Virus record (IMG/VR): IMGVR_UViG_3300035126_000842
Coordinates: 32,001 to 96,000 of that record
From: a virus
DNA length: 64,000 bases
Strand: one strand, 5' to 3'
Shown here: positions 50,901 through 61,081 of the stretch, piece after piece
Position numbering within the stretch: the stretch's first letter is position 1
Layout: each line of letters starts with the position of its first letter
The notes under the pieces: model-generated
Databases searched by the model: none
Seen by the model: the letters and a program-made list of their open reading frames with translations, nothing else
Told to the model about the DNA's origin: nothing
Made by a program: the position numbers and the translations under genes

Positions 50901-53606
50901 ACCATTTTTTTGTTTTTGCTTAACAGCAGAGTTTACATTATGGCGAAGATAATCACCCATAGGGTAACTCTGTTTAGTATAGTTACTAGGATTAAGTATA
51001 TTTAGTTTAACAGCATTATTTGAATGATTGAAATACTGTACAGAATTGTTACGTAAAATGTTATTTTCTCTTTGAGCAATTAAATTAGTAACTAATTCAG
51101 AAAACTCTTTAGGACTATATTCTAGTACACCATGTGACATAAAAGGCTTACCAAAAAATTTTTCTAGTTTTACGTTACCTGGAACCAAATCCCATATATC
51201 ATTATATTCCATTACATTGTTGTAAAATCGCTGATTGTAACCACCCATTATATTAGTAGTGGTAAAATCACTTTCTTTAGTTTGAAGACTGTTATCTAAA
51301 GCATCTATTTTTTTCTTTTCTTCTTTCAATAATTTTAAATCTTGCACTGATGCATATTTAGGATTATAATAAAACCAAGGAGCTAAATCAGCAATGTTAG
51401 GTAAGTCATTTAACAATCTATTTTCATTATTAATCGAAAATATTTCAAGATTTTTTAATTGTTCGGGAGTATAAGCAGGATGATTAATAGGAGCAGTTTC
51501 AGCAATTCTAAACGTATTATATTTTTGAGGAAGTCCACTATACAATCGCCATGCATCATATCTATTAGTTGATACCAATGGATTTTTAGTATCTATTGAC
51601 ATTATAACTTTGCTTATGTCATCTGTTAAAATTTTTGAATTTGTTTTACCTAAAATTATTTTTTGGGGTATTTGAAGAATTCTTTTTGTAGCATTATCAT
51701 AACTATAAGGTACAACATACTCAGTCAATAATTCGGATACTATAGGCAAATAACCTTTTCTTTGTTTACTTGTTATGCCTAATTTTTCCATTTGTTCTTT
51801 TGCAATTTCAAACTGAGTTAATCCTTTTTGCAAACCCTCTTTTTCTATTTGTAATAATGCGTTATCTATTTTATTAAAATAGGATGACGCTTGTTTTGCA
51901 CCTTTAAAACCTGCACCTAAAAAAGGTACTGCTTCAAGAGCATTCATTCCAGCACTTAAATAATTACCTTCTGAAATATCACTAGGTATGTTAGCTAATC
52001 CTTCTATAGTAAGAAGAGGATTAACCGCGTCACCAATAGGGTCTATAGATATTAAACCCCCACCTTGAGGTTCTCTCCAACCTTGATTTTGAGATTGCTC
52101 ATACTGTTGTTGAACTATACGTTGTCGTTCTTTTTCTGTTTGATATGTATTATCAAAATCTTCTTCTATCTCTACTTTAACGGGTAGTGATTTTTGAGTA
52201 GTAACACCAGCAGCAGTTGCGGTAGATTTTGCTACACTTCTATTAGAACCTGCATAACCAGCAGGTCCTTTCCAGGAACCTTTATCTTGATATTTTGGTA
52301 ATGAGCCACCATTTTTGTATTTACCTCTCCAACCTATTTTGTAATCTTGTAATAAATCATCTATATATTTTTTAAACTCCAAATTTTGTTCGGGAGTTAA
52401 ATTTTTATAATCCATAAAAGGAAAGCTTTCGTCTACATCAAACATTTTAGAACCTCTTTTACCCATAACGTTTGTACTTCCTTTATACATAGCCATAGGT
52501 CTTTCGTAAGAAAGAACAGGATTAAAATCAAAACGTCGAAATCCTTTAGATAAATCATCAAAATTATTTTCTGGATGAAAATATTTATTAAACCAATTTT
52601 GATAATTACCTGTAGAATAATCTCTAGGTGATGTCATTCTTATTTGGTAGTTTCCATAATAATTAGGAGTAGAAGATAAATATAAACCTCCTAAATATCT
52701 ATTGTCTGGTAATCCTGATGTATAACCATATTGTTCCATAGGAACATGAGAAGCTTGATATTTTGCAATGGATAGAGGATCGTTAAAATCAACTCCTGCA
52801 TTTTTCATGTTTTCAAATTCAGAAATTTCATTATAATAATGAGGTCTAGACATATCAAACGAAATCCCTGTATTGTCTTGAATACCTTTACCATCTTTAG
52901 GTACACTTCCTTTAACACCTCTAAATCTAGTTGCTTCTCTGTTCAAAGCAAACTGTGTTAGCTTATTTGTTTTGTCTGTACTTCTAGCAGCATAATTAAC
53001 ATCACCTAAATTAAAATCTTTTCCTATTAAGCCTTCTTTTTGTAAACCTTTAATAAATTGTCTTCTTTTTAAAAATCCTTTAGCATCTTCTAATTTTGTA
53101 GGATCTATTTTTATAGAATTAGAAGTAGTACTGCTAAAATCAAATAGTTCTTTAGCATCAACATTACTATTAGTTATGTGTGGGAATCTAGTTCTTTTTA
53201 ATCCTCTAAATGCTGAACCTGCAAAAGGAAGTGCTTCTAATGCATTCATTCCTGCTCCAAAATAATCACCTTCTAAAATCTGACCTGGTATAGAAGCAAT
53301 AGATTCAGCAACTAATAAAGGATTTACAGCATCTCCTATAGGATCTATAGATATCATAGCTCCTGAAGCAGAAGGATCAGTCCAAGGATTCATTCTTCTT
53401 TGCAAGTATGCTATTTCATCAGCTTTTTTTTGCTCAGGAGTTCTACTATCAATATATTGCATTCCTTCTGTTTGAGGTACAGTGTTTACATAAACACCTG
53501 CAGCTTCTACCTTTGTTACGGCAGGTTTATTTACATTGGACTTACCAACATAACCACTAGGACCTATCCATTGCGTACCTTTTTGAGCTTTAAGTAATTT
53601 TTTCAT
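47913..53606 (-). CDS. Modular cargo polyprotein (1897 aa) built of about 11 modules separated by xxGG motifs
   Basis: Internal duplication of ISIDPIGDAVNPLL...AGMNALEAxPFxG, ten boundary GG motifs, and no Cys found. Confidence 0.75.
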   Translation of the reverse strand: MKKLLKAQKGTQWIGPSGYVGKSNVNKPAVTKVEAAGVYVNTVPQTEGMQYIDSRTPEQKKADEIAYLQRRMNPWTDPSASGAMISIDPIGDAVNPLLVAESIASIPGQILEGDYFGAGMNALEALPFAGSAFRGLKRTRFPHITNSNVDAKELFDFSSTTSNSIKIDPTKLEDAKGFLKRRQFIKGLQKEGLIGKDFNLGDVNYAARSTDKTNKLTQFALNREATRFRGVKGSVPKDGKGIQDNTGISFDMSRPHYYNEISEFENMKNAGVDFNDPLSIAKYQASHVPMEQYGYTSGLPDNRYLGGLYLSSTPNYYGNYQIRMTSPRDYSTGNYQNWFNKYFHPENNFDDLSKGFRRFDFNPVLSYERPMAMYKGSTNVMGKRGSKMFDVDESFPFMDYKNLTPEQNLEFKKYIDDLLQDYKIGWRGKYKNGGSLPKYQDKGSWKGPAGYAGSNRSVAKSTATAAGVTTQKSLPVKVEIEEDFDNTYQTEKERQRIVQQQYEQSQNQGWREPQGGGLISIDPIGDAVNPLLTIEGLANIPSDISEGNYLSAGMNALEAVPFLGAGFKGAKQASSYFNKIDNALLQIEKEGLQKGLTQFEIAKEQMEKLGITSKQRKGYLPIVSELLTEYVVPYSYDNATKRILQIPQKIILGKTNSKILTDDISKVIMSIDTKNPLVSTNRYDAWRLYSGLPQKYNTFRIAETAPINHPAYTPEQLKNLEIFSINNENRLLNDLPNIADLAPWFYYNPKYASVQDLKLLKEEKKKIDALDNSLQTKESDFTTTNIMGGYNQRFYNNVMEYNDIWDLVPGNVKLEKFFGKPFMSHGVLEYSPKEFSELVTNLIAQRENNILRNNSVQYFNHSNNAVKLNILNPSNYTKQSYPMGDYLRHNVNSAVKQKQKNGGMIRRKDGSYSRRGLWDNIRDNAGSGKKPTAEMLKQERKIRNEKKEMGGFFPTSTTGVPYQDKEYMYQGGGETENWLTKLLNTPAGNILKQTLADQVNVVGPAYNATTQILENNPSDYARTVNIALEGLKSPAPFWGDLAINALQEGVSYMGKKNPVGIDRSYETHFKNEKGPKYREGGENPEDWTKFTAFNKTLPNNLRDDNFKYGDYSYYDLYGMWEAAGKPNSFKEVKDTEFFPLQDDGLYHGFSVGKDGIVLKSKNHPSVVYEALASQLSPYTKDLLLTQREDGRLQYVPKKQAGGENLIDMYYKGSNYPYRIKDETKRNEHIKNIFFRDLDEIPREYLTEENIEQVKNFFRKKYRGYGTERGYDVGDNYIGFDYKDFDDKMFAKLVEEYLDQVYSDEAPLIVTNGIESILAKQRKNRAKKRDGGSSSEIDPWVEYHKKLKLYNQYNNEEQPEYELIIDKNTFPNEFEEYTQHDEAVKKYTQQAFDNEDLFVKEFAKKYGLETERKTSKDSLRIKGRVPESLSEEFYKGKVKVLEDIMESKDYKDRLNRKYYLNNMYARPNVKLNEYWKTKKDPNFSVDGIKPTSWEEKIIEQGRTMVPIGSNSYGTIYGQPVGNPTTTESTTYYKPIFQKPLMPKLKKMPLRNITQISYDKPEREFVPLDIPIQKPARNPPQKFYYGMDKKQEKRRLAGKPYTALNSSGNEIYIASGDTRLDSDPENTIGYNKGRAYVEGDRMEEFEPTRDTQNNPISKEQMGGNIYDKETDNLLAQIASMIADGEDPDMLAGSLVDTGYSEEVVDSLVEEAIDRLSELGDYEEEDINQIEDIKVLREGGIPDRYKNQGFTKVGAKRKSNRPGKKWMVLAKKGNKYKIVHGGYKGMKDYTQHGSEERRERFWDRMGGKNSAKAKDQFSPLYWHKRFGTWQDGGKTPIEHPEGQRKFPGKTTRIPSNRITMEGINYPVLAIGDNGKANLMLPGEEYLYLGVNYVDEVPFSK

Positions 53607-56600
53607 CGCGGTGAAATAGTAGATTTGGTATTGAATATCTTAAATACAAAGTTAACAGCTCCTGAGATAGTTTTACGTAAAAATACTTTCTGAAAGTAAT
53701 TTCTTAATCTTTTTTGCTGAAACTCTGGTTTATTGTAATTTATTGCTGCAGGGTTTAGTTGTTTTTTATAACCGTCTTTTCCTACTAACCATATAGGAGA
53801 AGTAATACCTGTATTCTCTCCTCTATTGTTTATTATGTCGTAGAATTGATTAAACCTGTATTTGTTTTCTTCTTTAGATACTAAGATGTTTATAGAGCTA
53901 CCTGCTGTAGTAGGATAAGACGCTGCTAAATAAGGATTTTGTCTAGGGTAAGGTACTAGATTTAATAAACCCGAACATTGCTCTTTATTGGATACAACCG
54001 CTTGATCAAAATTTCCATCTAGTTGAGTGTAACTAACATCTGGTGAATCCGTATAGACAACCGCGTCTAAGTAATATTCAAAAGAATCTATAATAGAAAC
54101 TTGTTTAGTATTTATAGGTACTTCTACTTCAAAAGGATAATCAGTACCATAGAAGTTACAGAAACTATCAAATCTTACATTATGCTTCCAGAAGTCTTTA
54201 CCATTGATAGCAGTAAATTTAGTGCGGGAAGATAAAGTGTAATTAGGATGCCAGTCGTGGAAAGAAACCCAGAAATTCTGTTTAGGGTCATAACTAACAG
54301 TCCATGATACATCTATAAAGTAAGGAGAATTTAAAGAAATGTTTCTTAATTTTCTACCAGGTAATTGCTTGCTTACTAATGTAAACTTACCTCTACCTGT
54401 ATAGAAATAATCCCATAGAGTCTTGTATTGAGGATTAATTACATAATCACGTTTTGTAAAATACAGAATAGAAGATTCGTGGTCATAACTAATAAAAGAT
54501 CCTATTCCTACTGCAAGATTATTAGTATCAGGAAAGTTAGGAAAATCTTCTAGTATTTTATAACCCATGTAGTTATTAAACCACCACTTTAATCCTTTTG
54601 CTGTTATATCTTCTAAAGCACCCTGTCCTGCTACTCTATATATTTTTTTCAGAGAATTAGACATTAAGAATACTCCAGCAGGACAGTTTATAACACCAAA
54701 AGTATCTATACAAGCACCTTCCATAAAAGAACGATCGCTAGATGATATATTTTGTAGAGCTTGTTCAAACAAACCACCATCTCCTAAAGTAACTTTAGTA
54801 CCAAGATCTGTTTGTAAAGAATCAGAACCTTGAATCATTACAGGTGATCTATCATTAAAAACAATCATAGAACCGTTTTTGTTAATGTTTTTAATATTAA
54901 CAATACCACCTGAAAGTATTTTAAAGTTATCAGGAAGATAAACTCTCCAAGGATCTGATACAGAACCGTTGTCAGGAAGTGAATACACTACCATACTAGG
55001 ATCGTATGTAAAACAATCTAGGTATGTAATAGGATCATATGTTCTAGGTTGAATATTACCCCAAGAAATTTTATCAAAAAATATTTTACTATGACTTAGT
55101 GAGAAATCATATCTGTATTGTTCTCTTTCAGTTATTACATCAGGGTTAAATAATTTATCAAGGTCTGTGTAATTGTATGGGTGATAGTGTCTATATCTAT
55201 CTTCATCTAACCAATCGCGTAAGTCAACGTTTATTTCACTTTCTACAAAAAAATCACGAACACCAGAGTAGAAGAGATACATAAAAGCATTCTTTACTCC
55301 TAATCGTAATTTTCTAAAATTAAGAGGGTTAAATGTACAGTTTTGACCATCTTGATCTAGGTTACTAAAATCAGAAGGTACTACACCCTCTTGATCTGGT
55401 TGTATTGGTATTGTAGGTCCTGCTGGATTAGAAGTAAATACAGATGAAGCCAAGCCTCCTAAACTACTCATTAAACCTTTAAAAAAATCGTTTAAATCGT
55501 AACTTTCAGTATTCATCCAGAATCTAGGTCTAAAAACAGTAGCGTTATATTTTCTATAATCTATTTCATACCCGTCAGGTCTATTCTGTAACCAATTTCT
55601 AAAAAAGAAGAAAGGATTTTTTTCTGTGTGTCTTCCTATATAAATATCACCACCAAATAACGGACCTGTACTAGAAACCCAAGTATTGTTTGTGTTGGGA
55701 GAATCAATATAATGTGAACTAATAGGTATTTGATTTATAGTATCTAACTGACCATATTGGTTTACTATTCTGTTCACTAAAGCTCCGTAAATAGTAGCAG
55801 AGTTTTTTCCAGTAACAGGCAATCCGTTAATATGATCTTTTCCGTAAGGTGTATTTGCATCACCTAACGTAAATCTGCTAGTATCATCAGAAGGTGAAAG
55901 TAATCCTGTATGATCAAACGATAACGATTGCGTTTCTACAAATACAAATTTGTTTCTTAAAGTATTATCTATTCTAAGATTACCAGCATTAAATACACCA
56001 GAACCTATATAACCACTATTAAATACCTTTCTTCTGCTTATAAAAAGATTATCATAATCTTTATATAAACAATGAGACCTTTGTTGATATGCAAATTGTC
56101 TATATGGTACCAGTTTAAGTAATAGTTCTAAGAATTCATCAGTAGCTTCAGACCATGAGTTTAATAGTATTGGCAATTGATAAAAAGCTTTAAGTGGAAA
56201 AGGCATTCCTTCATAACGACTGTCATTAAATGTTACAGTAGTTGTAGGTAGTTCAAAAGCATTAGTTGTAGTAGCTAGCCCTAATGTTCTATTTATAAAA
56301 TTTCTTAAAGTACCGCTTGATGTAAGTGCTACAGGAGGCGGAACTATAGTAGGTTGTACATATGTAGCAGAAGAAGTATTAATACTAGCTGTAAAATTAG
56401 CTAATATTCTAAATATTTCAGGAGCAATTGTATTTTGGATATCATTGTTTAATATATCAGTGAAATATGTAGTCAACTGTGTTGCTTGAGCAGCTGTTAA
56501 AGGTCCTGTAGGAAAAGTAGTACCACCATTTAATAATTCAGGACCTTTAGTTTTAGGTAAAGTCATAGTAGATATAGTAGGTTCACTAGATGCTTTTTTG

Positions 56601-58630
56601 ACACCTAAAACTAAACCTGCTATCATAGATAAAAAGAAACTTAAATCTGATGGTAGTTTATGTCTGGGATGATTTTCAACAGGACTAAATATAGCTCTAT
56701 CTAATTCACCTCTTACAATACCATATTTTTTTGCTTCATATGGAGCTAGATACGGTTCTTTAAATTGTGTATCAGGAGAGTGGAAACTATAATGTTCTGT
56801 TCTAGTAAATGTAGCACGATCTGTTTTCCCTTCTGCATCACAGTTGCCTTTTTTATAAGCTGGATTAGGAGGTTGATTAGCAGGTTGTAATAATTTTTCT
56901 GTAGGACCTACTTGATTATAAGGAAAGTTCTGTATAGCATCGTTACCTTGAACCAAAAGATTATTAAATATACCTTTTGCTACAATAGTTTTATTTCCTT
57001 CACGCGATCCTCTTAATATTTCATAACCTACAATACCTGGTACATCTATTAGAACAGAAGGATTAGTAGGGTTGGGCATTTGAGGTTTTGCAATATTATA
57101 AAACCTAACACCCATTATTCTAATTTGTCTTCCGTCATTACTATGATGCCACGAGTTTCCAGTTCGTCTAGATGGAAATTTATGATGTCTGATATAATCA
57201 TTACATAAACTACCGTATCTGACAGAGTCGTTTGGATATCGTTCAGAAGATTGCCAATACGACATTTCACCTTCTTCAATTATTTGACCTTCATATTTAG
57301 AAGCGGTATCTATATGTTGATAAGAAGTGTTAGTAGTAACAATAGATGTATCTTCACCTTGCCAATTAAAAGCAAAATCAAAGTTATTACCTGTACCTGG
57401 AGGAATAATACCTAAATCTGTTTGAACAGGAGCTCTACCTGGAATATGATATGACTCACTTCTTTCTCCTGTATCATATAAAAATCTAATAAAAAATGGA
57501 TAGACTTCATCTGACATGTAACCAGTTACAGCTCCCCCGTTTTTGTAAAAATTAGATTCTACTTCCCATATTACATATTTAGATCTAATATTATTAGCTG
57601 TAGGTTGATAGTTAAAACTATATCTAGTTCTAGGACCTACTCTAAGCATATAATCACCTACCGTATAAGTAGCATCTGATTTTTCATAAACAGGTCTGCG
57701 AACAGGAAGATTAGAAAGTGGTACCGTAAGCAAAGAATCAGGTATAATACTTATTCCTATTGTAGCTTCTTGACTAGGAGCAGCACCGTTGCTAGTAGCA
57801 TAAAAACCAAAACTTTTAGCTATTGTATTTCCTGCAATAGTGTAAACAATGACTAATTCAAACTCACTGAAGTACTCAGTATCAAGATTAGTTACACTTA
57901 CTTCTATAGCACCACCTATTCCTACATGATTAAATATAGGTTGAGGATTAGTAATAGCATAATAATCACCAAATCTTTGTTGATTAATAGTGTATGCTAC
58001 GCATGCTTGATAAGAACCGTTTATTAACTCACCTCCATATGTAGCTTTTCTAATATCTACTTTAGGTATTTTGATTTTTGGGGTAAGTCTTATTTGATCA
58101 CAATCTAATTGTAAGGGTAGAATGTTAGTGCATATACTACAACCTGTAGGACTAGGAGTACATATTTGTTTGTATGGAATACTAGTAGGAGATAGATATC
58201 TAGTAGGATTTCTACCATCGTCCCAATAAAAAAATCTATGACAATCAAATGAATCTTTAACACCACCTGACCTAATAGGATTAGAAGAAGAAAAATTTAA
58301 ACAAGGATCGTTTACTATTTTAGTATAAGTGCAAGTAGATTCCGTATATAGTCCTATTTCATGGTTATTAGAATCATCAGTAGAAAAGATAATCCACTCG
58401 TCGTCATTAAAAAATAAATAACCTATTACAGGAAAAGGAGCACTTGTACAAAATAAAGTAGAAGATTCATTAGATATAGTAGCCATATCACCCTGTAATG
58501 TATTTACAGCAGCATTTCTAGCATGTGACCAAGCACCTTCTGGTAAGAAAGAATCATTAAGGTCTTTCATCATACCTTTTACAAAAGTATTGCTCTCACC
58601 TTGTTTTAAATTTTGAAAGTTCTCTGCCAT
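53603..58630 (-). CDS. Tail muzzle / 'stabilization' protein (1675 aa), crAss-like
   Basis: N-terminal NTFVKGMMKDLNDSF...WSHARNA...NE, beta-rich repeats, C-terminal WVSFHDWHP...KEENKYRFN. It sits directly after the ring genes and before the cargo genes. Confidence 0.75.
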   Translation of the reverse strand: MAENFQNLKQGESNTFVKGMMKDLNDSFLPEGAWSHARNAAVNTLQGDMATISNESSTLFCTSAPFPVIGYLFFNDDEWIIFSTDDSNNHEIGLYTESTCTYTKIVNDPCLNFSSSNPIRSGGVKDSFDCHRFFYWDDGRNPTRYLSPTSIPYKQICTPSPTGCSICTNILPLQLDCDQIRLTPKIKIPKVDIRKATYGGELINGSYQACVAYTINQQRFGDYYAITNPQPIFNHVGIGGAIEVSVTNLDTEYFSEFELVIVYTIAGNTIAKSFGFYATSNGAAPSQEATIGISIIPDSLLTVPLSNLPVRRPVYEKSDATYTVGDYMLRVGPRTRYSFNYQPTANNIRSKYVIWEVESNFYKNGGAVTGYMSDEVYPFFIRFLYDTGERSESYHIPGRAPVQTDLGIIPPGTGNNFDFAFNWQGEDTSIVTTNTSYQHIDTASKYEGQIIEEGEMSYWQSSERYPNDSVRYGSLCNDYIRHHKFPSRRTGNSWHHSNDGRQIRIMGVRFYNIAKPQMPNPTNPSVLIDVPGIVGYEILRGSREGNKTIVAKGIFNNLLVQGNDAIQNFPYNQVGPTEKLLQPANQPPNPAYKKGNCDAEGKTDRATFTRTEHYSFHSPDTQFKEPYLAPYEAKKYGIVRGELDRAIFSPVENHPRHKLPSDLSFFLSMIAGLVLGVKKASSEPTISTMTLPKTKGPELLNGGTTFPTGPLTAAQATQLTTYFTDILNNDIQNTIAPEIFRILANFTASINTSSATYVQPTIVPPPVALTSSGTLRNFINRTLGLATTTNAFELPTTTVTFNDSRYEGMPFPLKAFYQLPILLNSWSEATDEFLELLLKLVPYRQFAYQQRSHCLYKDYDNLFISRRKVFNSGYIGSGVFNAGNLRIDNTLRNKFVFVETQSLSFDHTGLLSPSDDTSRFTLGDANTPYGKDHINGLPVTGKNSATIYGALVNRIVNQYGQLDTINQIPISSHYIDSPNTNNTWVSSTGPLFGGDIYIGRHTEKNPFFFFRNWLQNRPDGYEIDYRKYNATVFRPRFWMNTESYDLNDFFKGLMSSLGGLASSVFTSNPAGPTIPIQPDQEGVVPSDFSNLDQDGQNCTFNPLNFRKLRLGVKNAFMYLFYSGVRDFFVESEINVDLRDWLDEDRYRHYHPYNYTDLDKLFNPDVITEREQYRYDFSLSHSKIFFDKISWGNIQPRTYDPITYLDCFTYDPSMVVYSLPDNGSVSDPWRVYLPDNFKILSGGIVNIKNINKNGSMIVFNDRSPVMIQGSDSLQTDLGTKVTLGDGGLFEQALQNISSSDRSFMEGACIDTFGVINCPAGVFLMSNSLKKIYRVAGQGALEDITAKGLKWWFNNYMGYKILEDFPNFPDTNNLAVGIGSFISYDHESSILYFTKRDYVINPQYKTLWDYFYTGRGKFTLVSKQLPGRKLRNISLNSPYFIDVSWTVSYDPKQNFWVSFHDWHPNYTLSSRTKFTAINGKDFWKHNVRFDSFCNFYGTDYPFEVEVPINTKQVSIIDSFEYYLDAVVYTDSPDVSYTQLDGNFDQAVVSNKEQCSGLLNLVPYPRQNPYLAASYPTTAGSSINILVSKEENKYRFNQFYDIINNRGENTGITSPIWLVGKDGYKKQLNPAAINYNKPEFQQKRLRNYFQKVFLRKTISGAVNFVFKIFNTKSTISPR

Positions 58631-59856
58631 TAGTTAATTATATCGTAAAATCTTCTATACATAATATCACGCGCTTGTTTCCAAACTCTTTTCATTTCAG
58701 AGAAATTAGGAGTCCTTACAATACTTAACGCATTAATTCTTGATATTCTAAGTTTTGCTACAATAAGTTGAATCTTTCCTTCTAATCCTGTTTCACCATT
58801 CATTAAAAGGTTCTCAAGAATTCTTTCTTTAAGAGCATATTCGTAGTATTCTGTAATCATAGGATGGTCTAAAACTAGTAAGTTACCATTATCATCTTGC
58901 ATAAGCGCTTGATAGTTAATGTAAATAGTACCGTTTTCAAAACCAGCGTTTATAAAACCATCTTTAATTTCAGCATGAGCTCCTGACCTAATTCTAGTAT
59001 TAGGACAATCGCAATCTATTTGTCTACCCGGTTTAAGATATATAGGCATAAACTCGGTGTAAGTTCTAGTAGTGTATTTTACCTTTTGAATTAACTGATA
59101 ATAATCACCACATTTATTCATACACGCATCTTGTGGCATACAAAAAGGAGAATCATTAGGTTCTTTTTCTACAGGAGTTACATTTTGTATAGGGTCTCCA
59201 CAATTAGGTGCTGTATTATTGTATTGATTATGTCTTTGTTTACATGCAGCACAATCCGAATGTTTTTGTAAAACTGGATAAGTGTGCCAATTTCCTGAAA
59301 AAAATTGAGGTGGTGCAGCACTAGGAATTGATTGAAAACCACAACATCCTAATTCTATACACATACCTCTATTAGTGTCATATTGAATATAAACAGTATC
59401 ATTTGGAGTTAATGGCACATAACTAATTAAACCAAATCCATAATCTCTTCCTAGACTTGTACCAAAACAATCTGTAGCACATAAAGAAGCTGAATCAGGA
59501 CCATAGTCTATATAATAATAATAAATTTTAGGTTGTTTACATTCAGGCGGAGTAAGAACAACATCTTCAATATGAGTACCAGAAGGTACCATTTCTTCTA
59601 CAGTATATTTACCACATAAGTATGCGTAGTTTAATATTTGAAAATCAGAAGGTAATCTACCCTTGTAATTACAAATATCAATAACTGCTTCTTTTTCTCT
59701 TGTTATTTGAATTCCTAAATCATAATTAACCCTACCTGCAACTCTAATAAGTTGTTGAGGGTCAATCATATTTTCAAGGTTGTATTGTTGAAAATCAACA
59801 TTTACATCCGCCATTAACTCATCAAAAGTTTTATACTGTAGTTCTACTGTTTTCAT
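58630..59856 (-). CDS. Tail ring (tubular) protein with a Cys-rich insertion
   Basis: EAVIDICNYKGRLPSDF...IKDGFINAGFENGTIYINYQ...VLDHP...YYEYALK resembles crAss-like ring proteins. Confidence 0.65.
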   Translation of the reverse strand: MKTVELQYKTFDELMADVNVDFQQYNLENMIDPQQLIRVAGRVNYDLGIQITREKEAVIDICNYKGRLPSDFQILNYAYLCGKYTVEEMVPSGTHIEDVVLTPPECKQPKIYYYYIDYGPDSASLCATDCFGTSLGRDYGFGLISYVPLTPNDTVYIQYDTNRGMCIELGCCGFQSIPSAAPPQFFSGNWHTYPVLQKHSDCAACKQRHNQYNNTAPNCGDPIQNVTPVEKEPNDSPFCMPQDACMNKCGDYYQLIQKVKYTTRTYTEFMPIYLKPGRQIDCDCPNTRIRSGAHAEIKDGFINAGFENGTIYINYQALMQDDNGNLLVLDHPMITEYYEYALKERILENLLMNGETGLEGKIQLIVAKLRISRINALSIVRTPNFSEMKRVWKQARDIMYRRFYDIIN

Positions 59857-60512
59857 TGTCTTGTATTATCTTGTTTATCAATCATAGGATCTGCAGGTAA
59901 CTGTTCCATAACAGCAAGATCTTGCTTAAATCCGTTTTCAATTTCTGAATACAAATAGGGTGGTACACGGGAAATAGTTTGTTGCATATTTCTACAACCA
60001 TCTTGGACACCTAAATCTATTTCAAACAAAGCTTCAATAAGTATTGCATCCCAATCGATATTAGGAAAATAAAGATACCCATCTATATACCAAGCATATT
60101 TGTTTGTATTAAACTTAAAGCTTTTGCTTTTAGTCATTTCTACATAAATAGAAGGTGCTGTAAAAGTAAAAGAAGTACCTCTATCTATTGATGTAACATT
60201 TCTAAACAAAGGACCGTATGCACCATCTATTACTTTTGGTAGTTTATCTTTAGTTCTTCTTATTGTACAACCAGATTGTATTCCAACACAACATGCTTCT
60301 ACTTTATCAACTTCTATAAGTTCTACACAAGGAAGTACCTGAAACACCGTTTGGTATTTCATAATACGGTTTAGATTATCCTGTCTTCTTATATACAGAT
60401 ATGCGTATTTTAGAAAAATAGAATACAAATCTCTGTCAGTTAAAAAACTATCAGGACTTATTGCTTTTGCTATTTTTCTAAGACGTGCTACTATTACTCC
60501 AATTGTATCCAT
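59853..60512 (-). CDS. Tail ring (tubular) protein
   Basis: VELIEVDKVEACC...RTKDKLP...YAWYIDGYLYFPNI...ALFE resembles crAss-like ring proteins. Confidence 0.65.
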   Translation of the reverse strand: MDTIGVIVARLRKIAKAISPDSFLTDRDLYSIFLKYAYLYIRRQDNLNRIMKYQTVFQVLPCVELIEVDKVEACCVGIQSGCTIRRTKDKLPKVIDGAYGPLFRNVTSIDRGTSFTFTAPSIYVEMTKSKSFKFNTNKYAWYIDGYLYFPNIDWDAILIEALFEIDLGVQDGCRNMQQTISRVPPYLYSEIENGFKQDLAVMEQLPADPMIDKQDNTRQ

Positions 60513-61081
60513 TACATTTCAAATTCGTTGTAATTTTTAAGAGGATCTTCTACATTCTCTATAATAGAAATATACGGTTTTTTACTGTCAATATCAAAGA
60601 TTTTATCATTCATTTTATTTCTTTTAAAAAAATTCATATAAAACATAAAATCTTCTTTATACTTTTCTTTTATTATATTCATTTTAGGTCTGATAAAAGA
60701 AAACTGCCAGATAGAAGAATCAATAATACCGGCTTTGTCTAAGTTATGATCAAACGCAATTACTCCTATTTTTTCACCAATACTAAGTATATAATTTAGA
60801 TACTTAAATCCTTCTTTGGGTTGGTCTTTAGTTATTATGTATAGCTTACCTATGTTTTTAGGTAAATAGACACCGTTTCTATTATTTAGAAGTTCGTTAA
60901 AAATTTCATCGTGAAAGGTGTCAATAATAATACCTACATCTCTTTTTCGAAATGTAGGTATTTGTTTTTTATAGTGCAACCAGAGTTTAGTTGTACTAAA
61001 CTGTTTACCTCTAGGGTAATAATAATTGGGATTGTATCTAGGGGCTGTTAATAGCGCAGTGACAATTTTTGTTTTTTTCAT
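60512..61081 (-). CDS. HU/IHF-like DNA-binding protein (putative)
   Basis: Basic protein with IIDTFHDEIFNELL...GVYLPKNIGKLYI, at the position where crAss-like phages carry an IHF-like gene. Confidence 0.45.
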   Translation of the reverse strand: MKKTKIVTALLTAPRYNPNYYYPRGKQFSTTKLWLHYKKQIPTFRKRDVGIIIDTFHDEIFNELLNNRNGVYLPKNIGKLYIITKDQPKEGFKYLNYILSIGEKIGVIAFDHNLDKAGIIDSSIWQFSFIRPKMNIIKEKYKEDFMFYMNFFKRNKMNDKIFDIDSKKPYISIIENVEDPLKNYNEFEM

